This document shows positions 51,697 to 63,703 of a stretch of 64,000 nucleotides of DNA, piece after piece. The notes below the pieces were generated by a model. The model saw only the letters and a program-made list of their open reading frames with translations, searched no databases and was not told the origin of the DNA. A program made the position numbers and the translations under genes. The stretch's first letter is position 1, and each line of letters starts with the position of its first letter. The stretch is from an uncultured Alphaproteobacteria bacterium. GTDB lineage: Bacteria; Pseudomonadota; Alphaproteobacteria; Rhizobiales; Xanthobacteraceae. The DNA lies in the NCBI GenBank assembly GCA_963790735.1, contig CAWBQP010000002.1, positions 9,184 to 73,183 on the forward strand, given 5' to 3'.

Positions 51697-52197
51697 ATGA
51701 TCGAACGCCGTATCCTGCTCGCATCCGTCGCCGGCCTGTTTGGCCTTGCCGCTTTCCGCTGGCTGCGCACCACGCCGGCGCAAGCCGCCGAGAAATTCGA
51801 GGTGGAAAAGACCGACGCCGAATGGCGCGCCCAGCTCACGCCGCAGCAGTATGAAATCCTGCGCAAGCACGGCACCGAGCGGCCGGGCTCGAGCCCGCTC
51901 CTGAAGGAAAAGCGCAAGGGCATCTTCGCCTGCGCCGGTTGCGACCTGCCGCTGTTCTCCTCGGATACCAAATACGAGAGCGGCACCGGCTGGCCGAGTT
52001 TCTGGAAGCCGCTCGACAACGCCATTGGCGAAACCAAGGACACGACGTTCGGGATGACGCGCACGGAAGTCCACTGCCGCCGCTGCGGCGGGCATATGGG
52101 TCACGTCTTTGACGACGGGCCGAAGCCGACCGGCCTGCGCTATTGCATCGACGGGTTTGGGCTGGTGTTTCACCCGGCAGGTCCGTCGGCTTCATAG
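51697..52197 (+). CDS. msrB: Methionine-R-sulfoxide reductase with Tat-like leader
   Basis: [42 protein letters not shown]-terminal IERRILL. Confidence 0.95.
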   Translation: MIERRILLASVAGLFGLAAFRWLRTTPAQAAEKFEVEKTDAEWRAQLTPQQYEILRKHGTERPGSSPLLKEKRKGIFACAGCDLPLFSSDTKYESGTGWPSFWKPLDNAIGETKDTTFGMTRTEVHCRRCGGHMGHVFDDGPKPTGLRYCIDGFGLVFHPAGPSAS

Positions 52198-52206
52198 GCG
52201 CTCAAG

Positions 52207-52243
52207 CCCGGCAATTGTTGCCCGCCCGGCAAATGTGCCCCGG
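52207..52243. promoter_or_regulatory. Tandem ftr-like enhancer sites (FlbD-type)
   Basis: CCCGGCAATTGTTGCCCG and CCCGGCAAATGTGCCCCG about 60-90 nt upstream of a sigma54 site, separated from it by an AT-rich (IHF-like) tract. Confidence 0.6.
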
Positions 52244-52297
52244 TCTTCGGACCGGGGATTTTTTATTAAGCCATTGATTTATATTGATTTTATGGTT

Positions 52298-52312
52298 TGG
52301 CACGACGCTTGC
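52298..52312 (+). promoter_or_regulatory. Sigma54 (-24/-12) promoter of flgEKL
   Basis: TGGCACGACGCTTGC matches TGGCAC-N5-TTGC. Confidence 0.85.
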
Positions 52313-52385
52313 GACATGTTCTCCCGACGCGGCCTGGGTTTTCTGAGACCGGCGAGCCGCCCGGATCGAATTTGGAGAAAATGTC

Positions 52386-54203
52386 ATGGGTATCTTCGGC
52401 GCTCTCACCACCGCGGTCGGCGGCCTTCGGGCGAACTCCTACGCGCTGGAAAACGTCTCGGGCAACATCGCCAACTCGCAGACCACGGCGTTCAAGCGCG
52501 TCGACACCTCCTTCCTCGATCTCATTCCGCAGACCTCAGCGACCGCGCAACTCGCGGGCGGCGTCACCACGCAATCCCGCTCCACCAACTCGGTGCAGGG
52601 CGACGTGCAGACGGCCTCGGTTGCGACCTTCATGGCGATCAACGGCAACGGTTTCTTCGCGGTGCAAAAGCCCGGCAACTTCACCGACGGCACGCCGGTG
52701 TTCGACGGCGTCGACCGTTATACCCGCCGCGGCGACTTCCAGATCGACAAGAGCGGCTATCTCGTCAACGGCGCCGGCTATTATCTGCAGGGCGTGCCGA
52801 TCGATCCGACCACCGGCAACCCTTCCGGCAGTTCGCCGCAGGTCCTCAGATTCCAGAACGACTTCCTGCCGGCGCAGGAAACCACCCGCATCGACTATCG
52901 CGCCAACCTCGCCAGCTATCCGCTGACGACCAAGCATGACGTTTCCGTTCCCGGATCGGAATTGATCGCGCCTGGATCATACAGCGTCGGACATAATCCG
53001 CTGGCGCTCGGGACGCCTGCGGCGCCCTATACGGACGCCACCAGAAGCGGCACCACGCAGAGCAACAAAGCGACGCCGTCGGTTGCGAACACCGGCGCGA
53101 CCCTGCTCTCTGGCGCGGGCGTGACGCCCAGCTAACTCGGTCTCCGCCAACTTCATCGTGGCCGCCGACACCATCACGGTCAACGGCCCAGATCATCACC
53201 TTCATGGCGTCGGGCGCCGTGGGCAACCAGCTCAATGTCACCGACAGCATCGCGACCTTGCTTGCGCAAGATCGACTCGATCACGGGAACGGCGACCGCG
53301 TCCACGATCACCGGCGGCTCGATCACTCTGCATTCCGGCACGGCCTCCGATCTCTCGGTCTCGAGCATCAACACCGCGGCGTTCGCCGCGCTCGGCTTCA
53401 CCGGCACCGTGACGGCAACGCGCGGCGGCGGCGGCGGCGTCGGTACCGGCCAGGTTATCGGCAACGACAACTCGACATTCCTGAACGAGTCGGTGGCGGG
53501 CGGTGCGGTCACGACCTACGACGTGTCGGGCGCGCCGGTGAACCTGCAGTTCCGCTGGGCCAAGACCGACAGCACCACGCTCGGCGCCGGCCATACCGAT
53601 ACCTGGAACCTGTTCTATCAGATCAATCCCAATGCAACCGGCACCCAGGTCTCGTGGCAGAACGTCAACACCAATTTCACCTTCTCGGCCTCCGGCCAGA
53701 TGTCGCCGGCGGTACCGAACATCACGCTCGCCAATGCGGTCGTCAACGGTGTGGCGCTGGGTAGCCCCGTCATCAACTTCGGCACCGGCGGCGTCACCCA
53801 GTTCGCGGATGCCAACGGCAACGTTCAGGTCAACCAGATCCAGCAGGACGGTTTCCCGGCCGGCCAGTTGCAGTCCGTCGGCGTCGGCACCAACGGCCGC
53901 ATCGTCGGCAACTATTCCAACGGCCGCAACCTCGACCTCGCCGAAATTTCGGTCGCGACCTTCAACGGCACCAACTTCCTCAAGCGCGTCAACGGCGGCG
54001 CGTTCGAGATAACCGACGGATCCGGCCAGGCGTTGTACGGCAAGGCCGGAACCATCGTCGGCTCGTCGCTGGAAGGATCCAACACCGACATCGCCGACGA
54101 GTTCACCAAGCTGATCGTCACCCAGCAGGCTTACTCGGCGAACACCAAGGTCATCACCACCTCCAATACGATGGTGCAGGATCTCCTGAACGTACTGCGC
54201 TGA
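52386..54203 (+). CDS. flgE: Flagellar hook protein; apparent +1 indels near 53130, 53188 and 53267
   Basis: AVGGL..SGNIANSQTTAFK, YTRRGDF, C-terminal LEGSNTDIADEFTKLIVTQQAYSAN. Confidence 0.9.
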
Positions 54204-54248
54204 TTCCGCGACGCCGTTCGCGAAGCGATTTGAGATGGGCAATTAGTC

Positions 54249-56131
54249 ATGGGTTTGAGTCAAGCTCTCTCCACCGCAATGTCCGGCCTGCGCGCGACGC
54301 AGGCCTCGATCGCGCTGGTCGGATCGAACGTCGCCAACGCGGAAACGCCGGGTTACGTCAGGAAGACGGTCATCCAGGTCGCCGGCATGACCGGCGACTA
54401 CGGCTCGAGCGTTCTCCTCAACGGCGTCGACCGGCAGCTCGATCAGTATCTGCAGACGCAACTGCGGACGGAAACCTCAGGCGCAGCTTACGCCGACATC
54501 CGTTCGACCTACCTTGCCAATCTGCAGAACGTCTACGGAAATCCGGCTGAAACCGGCACCATCGAGGACTCGTTCAACAAGTTGTTGACCGCCTTCCAGG
54601 GCCTGTCGACCAGCCCGGATTCGCAGTCGGCGCGCATCAGCGCCGTCAGCGCCGCGCAGACCATGGCGCAGACGCTCAATGCGACGACGCAAGGGATTCA
54701 GAGCCTTCGCGCCAATGCCGAGATGGGCATCAACGATTCCATCACCACCGCGAACAACGCGATGGCCCAGATCGCGTTCATCAACAACCAGCTCCAGCCA
54801 GCGGCAAGACCGACGCCGCGACGGCATCGCTTCTGGATCAGCGCGACCAGTACATCACTCAGTTGTCCGAACTTGATGGACATCAGAACGGTCGTCAACG
54901 ACCTCAACCAGGTGACCGTATTCACGAACTCCGGCGTGCAACTGGTCGGCACCGAGGCGGCGCAGCTCAGCTTCAATCCGCAGGGCACGATAACGCCCAA
55001 CACGCTGTACAACTCCGATCCGACCAAGAGCAACGTCGGCACCATCACCATCAATTTCCCGCATGGCGGCAGCTACGATCTGGTGTCGACCAACTCGATT
55101 CGTTCGGGCAAGATCGCCGCCTATCTCGAACTGCGCGACAACACGCTGGTGAAGGCGCAGGCGCAGGTCGACCAGTTCGCGGCGGCGATGTCGAGCGCGC
55201 TGTCGGACAAGACGACCGCGGGTACAGCCGCGCCGGCGTCGGTGCTGCCGCAGGCCGGTTACGATCTCGATCTCACGGGATTGCAGTCGGGCAACGTCAT
55301 TCGCGTCACCTACAAGGACAACACCACCGGCGTCACGCACAATCTCTCGATCGTGCGCGTCGACGATCCGAGCGTGCTGCCGCTGAGCAATACCGCGACG
55401 CTCGATCCGAACGATGAGGTGCTCGGCATCAATTTTGCCGGCGGCATGGCTTCGGTGGTTACCCAGCTCAACGCCGCGCTCGGCTCGAGTCGATCTCCAG
55501 TTCTCAAACCCGTCGGGCTCGACGCTTGCGCGTGCTGGATGACGGCGCGCCGAATCGCTCGGATGTGCTGGCGGCGTCGGTCACCACGACGATGTCCTCG
55601 CTCACCAGCGGCAACGCGCAGCTTCCATTGTTCACCGATAATGGCGGGCTCTTTACCGGTGCGATCACCGCCAACGGTTCGCAGCAGATCGGTCTCGCCG
55701 GCCGTATCAGCGTCAATCTCGGGCTGCTCGGCGATCCCTCGCGCACCATCGTGTTTTCCACCAGCCCGTTGACGGCGGCGGGCGATACCACGCGTTCCGA
55801 CTTCATTCTCACGCAGCTGACGTCGGGGAACTATCGCTATTCGCCGCAGACCGGCATCGGGACCACCGGCGCTCCGTTCACCGGCACGCTGACCAACTTC
55901 GCCAAGCAGTTCATCAGCCAGCAGGGCGAGGCCGCGACCGCCGCCAAGCAACTCGCCGACGGCCAGTCCGTGGTGCTGAACACCCTGCAGAAGAAGGTGA
56001 CCGATACCTCGGGCGTCAATATCGACGACGAGATGGCGCATCTGCTCGCGCTGCAGAATGCCTATTCCGCCAACGCACGCGTGATGTCGTCCATCAAGCA
56101 GATGTACGACACGCTGATCCAGGCCATGTGA
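54249..56131 (+). CDS. flgK: Hook-associated protein 1; indels near 54800-54870 and 55490-55530
   Basis: AMSGL..NVANAETPGY.RK, SGKIAAYLELRD, C-terminal SGVNIDDEM..L..LQNAYSANAR. Confidence 0.9.
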
Positions 56132-56138
56132 GGGTTTC

Positions 56139-58019
56139 ATGTCGATCGATGGCGTTAGTGGCAGAACATCCTATATCGGGACCTCGATCCTCAATATCCG
56201 CAGGCAACTCGATGATCTGACGCAGCAACTCGCCAGCGGCCGGGTCTCGACGACCTATGCGGGGCAGGGCGCCAATCGCGGCTTTGCGCTGAGCTTGCGT
56301 GCGCAGGTCAGCGGCCTCGATGCCTATCGCGGACACGGGCGAAGAACGTCAATGTCAGGCTCAACGTCGTCAACCTTGCGCTGCAGGGATTGTCCGACAT
56401 TGGCACTTCGGTGAAGAGCGCGGCCAGTACGTCGACCATCGTGCTCAACAACAACGGTCAAACCTCCGGCCAGATCACGGCGCAGGCGGCGTTCTCGAAT
56501 GCAGTGTCGCTGCTCAACAGCCAGACCGGCGACCGCTATCTGTTTTCCGGACGCACCACCGACACGTCAGCGACGGTGTCGGCCGACGTCATGCTCGACG
56601 GCATGGGAACGCAGGCCGGGTTGAAGCAACTGATCAACGAGCGCCGCCAGGCCGATCAGGGCGTCAGCAACATGGCGCATCTGACGGTCTCGTCGCCGCC
56701 GTCGACGACCACCGTGACCAGCCTGGCCGAAGACGGTTCATCGTTCGGGCTGAAGCTCGGTTCGGTCAGTTCATCGCTGACGGGAGCGACCGTGACCCAG
56801 CCGACCGGCGCGCCGCCGGCCGTCACCGTCGATCTCGGCGCCGTCAATCCGAACAATGGCGACAAGATCACGTTCAACTTCAACCTGCCCGACGGCACCA
56901 CCGAGCAGGTCGTGCTGACCGCGACGACGACGAATCCGCCGCCGACGGGCTCGTTTCTGATCGGCGTCGACACGGTTGCGACCACCGCGAACCTGCAGGC
57001 CGCATTGACGTCTTCGATCCAGACGTTGGGCGACACGTCGCTGGTCGCCGCGTCCGCGATCGCCGCATCGGACAATTTCTTCAATCCGTCCGCGACCGTC
57101 ACGGGAACTGCGGTCAACAATCAGGCCGCGGTGCCGGCGCCGATCACCGGCGCTACGCTGCTCTCGGGCGCTGCGGGAACGGATTCGCTGGCCGCGAGCT
57201 TTGCGGCAGGCGATACGATTACGGTCAACGGCACGCCGATCACCTTCGTCGCATCGGGCGCGACCGGCAACCAGCTCAACATTACCGACAGCGTGCAGAC
57301 CTTGCTGGCAAAGATCGATTCGATCACCGGCACCGGTACGCCGTCGACCGTCACCGGCGGCGTGATCGCGCTGCACGGTGGTGACGGCGCGAGCCTGACG
57401 GTTTCCAGTTCGAACACGGCCGCGTTCGCGGCGCTGGGCTTCAGCGCCACGGCGAGTGCAAATCCGGCGCCGTTGCGCGTCAACGGTCCGCCGTTTGCCA
57501 CCGCCACCAATCTGATCGGCGGCACATCCGCCAACACCGTCTCGTGGTACACGGGCGAAGTCGGTACCGATCCGGCCGCGCGGCACCGCGATCGCGCGCA
57601 TCGACCAGTCGATCACGGTGCAGTACGGCGCGCGCGCCAACGAGCAGGCGTTGCGCTATCAGTTGCAGAACATCGCGGTGTATTCCGCGGTCACGACCAA
57701 TGCCAACAATCCGAACTCGAAGGCGCAGGTGAACGCGCTGCAACAGCGGATTTCGGCAAACCTGGCGCCGCAGACCGGCCAGCAATCGATCCAGGACATG
57801 CAGGCGGAGTTCGCCGGCGCGCAGAGCGCCATCAAGGCCTCGACCGACCGCCAGATCCAGCTCAAGGGAATGGCGCAGACCATGCTCGACCAGATCGAGG
57901 GCATCAACCAGGAGGAGGTCGCGACCAAGATCCTGGCGCTGCAGACCAGCCTGCAGGCCTCGTATCAAACCACGTCGATGCTCTATCAGACCACGCTGAC
58001 CAAGTTCCTGCCGATCTGA
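56139..58019 (+). CDS. flgL: Hook-associated protein 3 (flagellin-like); indels near 56330 and 57580
   Basis: Follows flgK. QLASGR, LLNSQTGDRYLFSG, C-terminal EVATKILALQTSLQASYQTT. Confidence 0.8.
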
Positions 58020-58043
58020 CGAAAGCTTGTCGGCTCAGAAATG

Positions 58044-58068
58044 AAAAGGCCTCCTTGCGGAGGCCTTT
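58044..58068. terminator. Bidirectional terminator between flgL and flbT
   Basis: AAAAGGCCTCC-TTGC-GGAGGCCTTT. Confidence 0.8.
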
Positions 58069-58090
58069 ATCATTTGAAGCGATGCGATCG

Positions 58091-58519
58091 CTATGCGGAT
58101 TTGCGATCTGGCTCGTCGAGCGATTGCATTTTCCGAGCGCTCTCCAGGATCTGCTCTTCATGGCCGATCAGTTTCTTCGATTCCTTCAGCGCGTGATAGA
58201 GATCGCCGTTCAGAATGTAGTTGTTGATCCCTTCGATGAAGGGCCATGCGCTCGGCATCGTGGTCAGGATGTCGCGCACGAGGCTGAAATAGGTCGGATG
58301 ATGCGCCATCGGATCCGGCGACAGGTACATGAGCTGCACGGCGAGATAGACCAGCTTGGCCGGAGTGTCGGCGGTCTCGGGTGTGAGGATGTCTTTCTCG
58401 CGCAGGATCGGAATCCGGTCGCCGTCGATCAGCAGCCTGGCGCGCTGATCGGTATTGGTGACCACGCAGGCGCCGATGATGATTCGCTCGTGCGGTTTGA
58501 GCTCGACTTTCAAGGCCAT
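58091..58519 (-). CDS. flbT: Flagellin translational regulator FlbT
   Basis: MALKVELKPHERIIIG, PILREKDIL, ADTPAKLVY, YHALK. Confidence 0.95.
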   Translation of the reverse strand: MALKVELKPHERIIIGACVVTNTDQRARLLIDGDRIPILREKDILTPETADTPAKLVYLAVQLMYLSPDPMAHHPTYFSLVRDILTTMPSAWPFIEGINNYILNGDLYHALKESKKLIGHEEQILESARKMQSLDEPDRKSA

Positions 58520-58594
58520 GCCTGTTCTCCGTTTGACGCTTTTCGCGCGTTGTCGATTGCCCGCCGGCAGATTCGGCATCCTTTCCGATGATAG

Positions 58595-58610
58595 TTAACC
58601 AATGGTGAAC
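58595..58610. promoter_or_regulatory. CtrA-like site between flbT and fliC
   Basis: TTAA-N7-TGAAC (one mismatch). Confidence 0.5.
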
Positions 58611-58832
58611 ATGCGAATAGTGCCCGTTTGGCGGGGCTTTTCTCGCTGACGATCCGTAGGAATACGGAGTGATTCGGACGCGGCGAATTAATTTCAAATT
58701 CACCGTCTTTGCGGGCGACTTGTCCGATCAAATTCATTTTTTCTTAGAGACTTGCTTCCAGAGTGAGCCGTCGCCTGATCGAGAGGTCGGGATAGTGGCT
58801 TGTTTTAATTTCACACCAGAAAGGTATGAAAG

Positions 58833-61156
58833 ATGTCCGGTATTGTTCTCTCGGCTTCGGTTCGCCAGAACCTTCTCTCGCTGCAGTCGACCGCCGATCT
58901 GCTTGCGACCACGCAGAACCGCCTTGTCGACCGGCAAGAAGGTCAACACGGCGCTCGATAACCCCACCAACTTCTTCACCGCGCAGTCGCTCGATGCGCG
59001 CGCCGGTGACATCAACAATCTCCTCGACGGCATCGGCAACGGCGTGCAGGTGCTGCAGGCCGCCAACACCGGCATCACCTCGCTGCAGAAGCTGGTCGAC
59101 ACCGCCAAGTCGATCGCCAACCAGGCGCTGCAGAGCGCGGTCGGCTACTCCACCAAGTCGAACGTCTCGGCCACGATCCCCGGCGCCACGCGCAACCGAC
59201 CTGCGCGGCACCACGACCTACACCAGCGCGACCGCGGCATCCAACGTGCTGTTCTACCGGCGCGGCCGGCGGCACCACGGCGGCGACCTCGGGCTCTGAC
59301 GCTCGGCGGCATTGCCGGCATCGCTGACCGGCGTTGCCGACCAACACCACGGTGACCCGGCGCCCACGGCGATCACCGCCGCCACGCTGCTGATCGATGC
59401 GCCCACGGGCACCACGCATCGGTTTGACGGCCAATGCACGGCCGCCGATGGCGACACCTTCACCGTCAACGGCCACACCATCACCTTCAAGGCCGGCGCC
59501 GCGCCCCTGGCGGGTGCCGCTCCGAGCCGGCTCTGGCCTCGACGCCGTGCGGCCAGCGTTGCGACCGACGGCAACGGCAACTCGATCAGTCTATATCGGC
59601 GCCAGCTCGACGACCGCCGCCGGCACCGTCGGCGACGTTCTGCGGCGCGATCGACCTCGCCAGCGGCGTGCGACGGCGACGATCAGCCTCCGGCGACCGG
59701 CACGCGGCAACGACCAACGCGTCGGCGCAGACCGCTTCCACGGTCACCGGTTCGGGCCAGCGTCACTGCTTGACGACCTCGACCGGCGCCGATCTCGAGC
59801 GTCACCGGCAAGGCCGACCTCCTCAAGGCGCTCGGATCTCGACCGACAGCGACTCGGCGCCGGCAACACCACGCGTCGACGCGCACCGCGCACGACCGCG
59901 CTGCCACGCTCGGCTACGCTGATCCAGGACGGCTCGACGCTGAACGTCAACGGCAAGACCATCACCTTCAGGAACGCTGCAGACTCCGCGGCGCTGCGTA
60001 CGTTGCCCGCCGGCTCCGGCGTCGCGGCAACGTCGTCACCGACGGCAACGGCAACTCGACGGTCTATCCTGCAGGCGCGCGACGCTGGCCGACGTGCTCG
60101 ACGGCGATCGATCTCGCGACCGGCGTCACGACCGCGAGCCAACGCCAGCGGCGCTGCGACGCTGGCGACCACCGTCCGGCCAGACCAACTCCTCGATCAA
60201 CTGCGAGCGGCGCGCTGCAGATCTCCACCGGCACGACGCCGACCTCGTCGATCATCGGCACCGGCAACGCGCTCTCAGCGCTCGGCCTCAGCGGCAACAC
60301 CGGCACGGCGACCTCGCTTCACCGCGGGTCGCACCGCGGCAGCCGGCAGCCTCTCCGGCAAGACCTTGACCTTCTCCTCCTTCAACGGCGGCACGCGCGG
60401 TCAACGTCACCTTCGGCGACGGCTCCGGCGGCACGGTCAAGACGCTCGACCAGCTCAATGCGGCGCTGCTGGCCAACAACCTGAGCGCGACGATCGACTC
60501 GACCGGCAAGCTGACGATCACCACCACCAACGAGTATGCTTCGTCGACCCTCGGTTCGGTAGGCGGGCGGCGCGATCGGCGGCACGCTGACCACGGCGAT
60601 CTGCCTTCACGACCGCGACGGCTCCGGTGGTCGACGCGTCGGCGCAAGCGGTCCGCAGCAACCTGGTGAGCCAGTTCAACAACATCCTGTCGCAGATCAC
60701 CACCACCGCGCAGGACGCCTCCTTCAACGGCATCAACCTGCTGGGCGGCGATCAGCTCAAGCTGACGTTCAACGAAACCGGCAAGTCGACGCTGAACATC
60801 ACCGGCGTCAACTTCAATGCGGCCGGTCTCGGCCTGGCGAATCTCGATCAGCGGCACCGACTTCATCGACAACGCCGCCACCAACAAGGTCGTCGCCAAC
60901 CTGGCCAGCGCTTCGACGCATGCTGCGCTCGCAGGCTTCCGCCTTGGGTTCGAACCTGTCGATCGTGCAGATCCGTCAGGACTTCTCGAAGAACCTGATC
61001 AACGTGCTGCAGACCGGCTCGTCGAACCTGACGCTGGCCGACACCAACGAGGAAGCGGCGAACAGCCAGGCGCTGTCGACCCGCCAGTCGATCGCGGTGT
61101 CCGCGCTGGCGCTGGCCAACCAGTCGCAGCAGAGCGTGCTGCAGCTGCTCCGCTAA
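58833..61156 (+). CDS. fliC: Large flagellin (about 770 aa, DUF1522-type central domains), heavily frameshifted in this assembly
   Basis: MSGIVLSASVRQNLLSLQSTADLL, STGKKVNTALDNPTNFF, DASFNGINLL, C-terminal LADTNEEAANSQALSTRQ...QSVLQLLR. Confidence 0.9.
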
Positions 61157-61179
61157 GCGGGACGGCGACGTCAACGATC

Positions 61180-61214
61180 AAGGCGGCGGGGGAGACCCCG
61201 CCGCCTTTCTTTTC
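61180..61214 (+). terminator. Flagellin terminator
   Basis: AAGGCGGCGGGG-GAGA-CCCCGCCGCCTT followed by TCTTTT. Confidence 0.85.
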
Positions 61215-61467
61215 GAGTGAGAACTGTCCGGCTCGAGAAGAAAAGACGCCAGCATGAAGAAAAGCGTCGAAGCGAATAATTTGGGCTTCGATGTTAATTC
61301 CATCAGAACTTGATGGCCGGCATGCTGCCGCAAATATGGATTTTTGCCGGACTGCCGACACAATCGGTAACTCTTGCTAACCATATTTAAAGGCGCAACC
61401 TGTATGAAAGTTGGGCAGTTTTCAGAAGTCCCGCGGTCTTGCGAACCGCTCCCACCGAGGTTCGTGA

Positions 61468-61833
61468 ATGTCTAATGCAGCCCAGGCCTACGCGCGTACG
61501 TCGCAAACGACGACGTCTCCCCGTGAAATCGAAGCGCAGGCGCTGCTGAAGGCCGCACGGCAACTCCAGGAAGTCCAGTCCAACTGGAGCGGCCCTGACT
61601 CAGCCATGCACAACGCGTTGCTGTTCAACCGCCGGCTCTGGTCGATCTTCATGAGCGCGGCGAGGCGCGACGAGAATCCTCAGCCGATCGAAGTGCGGCA
61701 GAACATCGCCAACATCGGCGTGTTCGTGATGAAGCAGACCGTCGACATGCAGATGAACCCGGATCCGGCCAAACTGAAGTCGCTGATCGACATCAATTGC
61801 AATCTCGCCGCCGGCCTGTCCGGTCGCGGCTAA
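61468..61833 (+). CDS. flaF: Flagellar biosynthesis regulator FlaF
   Basis: AQAYAR, SPREIEAQAL, ALLFNRRLWSIF, NIANIG, LIDINCNLAAGL. Confidence 0.95.
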   Translation: MSNAAQAYARTSQTTTSPREIEAQALLKAARQLQEVQSNWSGPDSAMHNALLFNRRLWSIFMSAARRDENPQPIEVRQNIANIGVFVMKQTVDMQMNPDPAKLKSLIDINCNLAAGLSGRG

Positions 61834-61853
61834 CCGGTTGCGAGTGTGCCGAG

Positions 61854-62220
61854 ATGGCTGACCTCTGGACCATCATCTCGGCCAACTACAAGACGGTCGG
61901 GATTGACCGTTCCGTCCAAGACTCCCTATGTGGCGGTCGATCCCGAGCACTATGAGGGCGACTGGACCGGGAAATACGCCGACAACAAGACGTTCAAGAT
62001 CACGGTCTCGAACGTCACCGGCTTTCGCGCCAAGGTGCAGTACCAGAGCGGCGGCACCAACAAATTCCAGGAAGTGCTGATCAAGGACAATTCGTTCCGG
62101 ATCGGCGACACCAAGTTCACGCTGACCGGTCTTGGGAAGGCGCAGATCAAGAACGTCGTCACCGATCCGGCGAGCGGCCAGACCTATCTCGACCAGGCCT
62201 ATGCGAAGCGTTCCAGTTAA
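61854..62220 (+). CDS. Hypothetical beta-rich protein; +1 frameshift near 61900
   Basis: MADLWTIISANYKTV joins GLTVPSKTPYVAVDP..YEGDWTGKY. Span is 3n+1. Confidence 0.65.
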
Positions 62221-62232
62221 CGTCAGCTCTTC

Positions 62233-62619
62233 TTAGGCCTTGCGGTCGGTTGCGCTAAGCCGCGTGGGGGCGTCCTTGGTCAGGTCGAGCGCGTGGAAAT
62301 AGGCGCGGCGGCGCAGCACGGCTTCCTCGGGAAACTGCTTCACCACCTGGCTCGTCCTGGTGTCGATGACCTGATAGACGACGGCGCGGGCGTCGCGATC
62401 GATCACCACCTGGTTCGACACCGCAGCCGAAGCACTTGAAATGCGAGACACGGACCGCGGCGGAATCGGTGCTGGCGCGCGCGCTGCATCGGCCGCCGCG
62501 ACGCTCTGGCTCGCCGGCAGTACGGTCGCGACCGCATGTTGTGCCGCCTCGCTCACGTGCTGAACGATCGGCGCTGCAACCGGTGCCCCCACCGGTTTGA
62601 TGTTGAAATCTGTACTCAT
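62233..62619 (-). CDS. FlaG-like flagellar protein
   Basis: GGAGG RBS; C-terminal VVYQVIDTRTSQVVKQFPEEAVL. Confidence 0.65.
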   Translation of the reverse strand: MSTDFNIKPVGAPVAAPIVQHVSEAAQHAVATVLPASQSVAAADAARAPAPIPPRSVSRISSASAAVSNQVVIDRDARAVVYQVIDTRTSQVVKQFPEEAVLRRRAYFHALDLTKDAPTRLSATDRKA

Positions 62620-62835
62620 GGCAGCCTCCAGGCTTGCTGCAGAGTCAAATCCCAACCCCTCGTCGACGCAATATAGTCCGGCACCTCTCAACGCGGTGTT
62701 AGGGAATACGCTGAATTCGCCGACGCGGCTGCATTGATGCGGATCGCGCTAGAGTTTGATGTCGAAAAATTGATGACGCGTTTCGACGGACGTCCGGATC
62801 AGTCCGGGCAGGCTTCGCTGACGCTCAGTTATCGC

Positions 62836-63328
62836 TTACAGCGAGCGGCTGACCGAGAGCGGGGTGATGTTGCGCGGGCCCGGCGTCGCGCGTTGTCCCG
62901 AAGCCGTATAGGTGTTCGGCATGTTCTTGCGCTGGATCTCGGTGTTGACGCCGCGCACGATGCCTTCGGACACCGCATGCGCGGTCGCAAGGACGGTGAG
63001 ATTGATCTGCAGCATCGCGCGGAAGGTGTCGTGATGGCGGCGCAGCGTGGTCAGCAGTTCCGGCGATACCTGCGCCAGATATTTTTGCGCATTCTTCAGA
63101 CTCTCGACCGCGACCATGTAGCGGCGCGACAGCTCGCCCTTCTGCTCTTCCAGCCGCATCGCCTCGCGCACATTGCCGGCGCGAACCAGTTCGGTTTCGC
63201 GTTCGATGATGCCGAGCAGGGCGCTCATCACGTCCATCAGATCTTCCGCGAGCTTGCGCGCTTCCGCCGGCGTGGAGATCGCTCTTGCTGGTGCTGGCGC
63301 GGGGCTGGCCTGAGGACGCTGAATTCAT
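62836..63328 (-). CDS. FlgN-like flagellar export chaperone; frameshift near 63280
   Basis: LLGIIERETELVRAG, LEEQKGEL, FRAMLQINLTVL, TYTASG. Located after flgJ. Confidence 0.65.
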
Positions 63329-63346
63329 GTCGGGTTTCCTTTTGGA

Positions 63347-63703
63347 TCAGCCGGCGCGGTTGGCTTGCTGCATGATCAGGGTGCGGAAGACGTCGTTGGA
63401 AATGCCGATGCCGCCGGACTTGGCGAAGATTTCGAATATTGTCCGTCAGCATCGAGCGCCAGACGCCGGTGCCGGTCGTGTCGCCGAACGGCCCTTCGCC
63501 TTTGACGCCGGTGGTCATCTGCGAAAACATCGAGTTGAGGAACATCGCCTCGAAGTCGGTGGCGGCCTTGGCGCGCGTCTTTTCCTGCGCCTCCGGCGAA
63601 ATCTTTGGTCAGCGCGTCGGCGAGCTGCGGATCCGGGCGGCCGTTGATCAGCAGAAGGCCTTCGGGTAGCGCCGGTGATGCTGTTGATCAGGCTCTGTTG
63701 CAT
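63347..63703 (-). CDS. flgJ: FlgJ-like rod-binding protein (short form); frameshifted
   Basis: A.DFEAMFLNSMFSQM..G..GEGPFG..G.GVWRSML. Start overlaps the flgI stop (TGATG). Confidence 0.8.
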
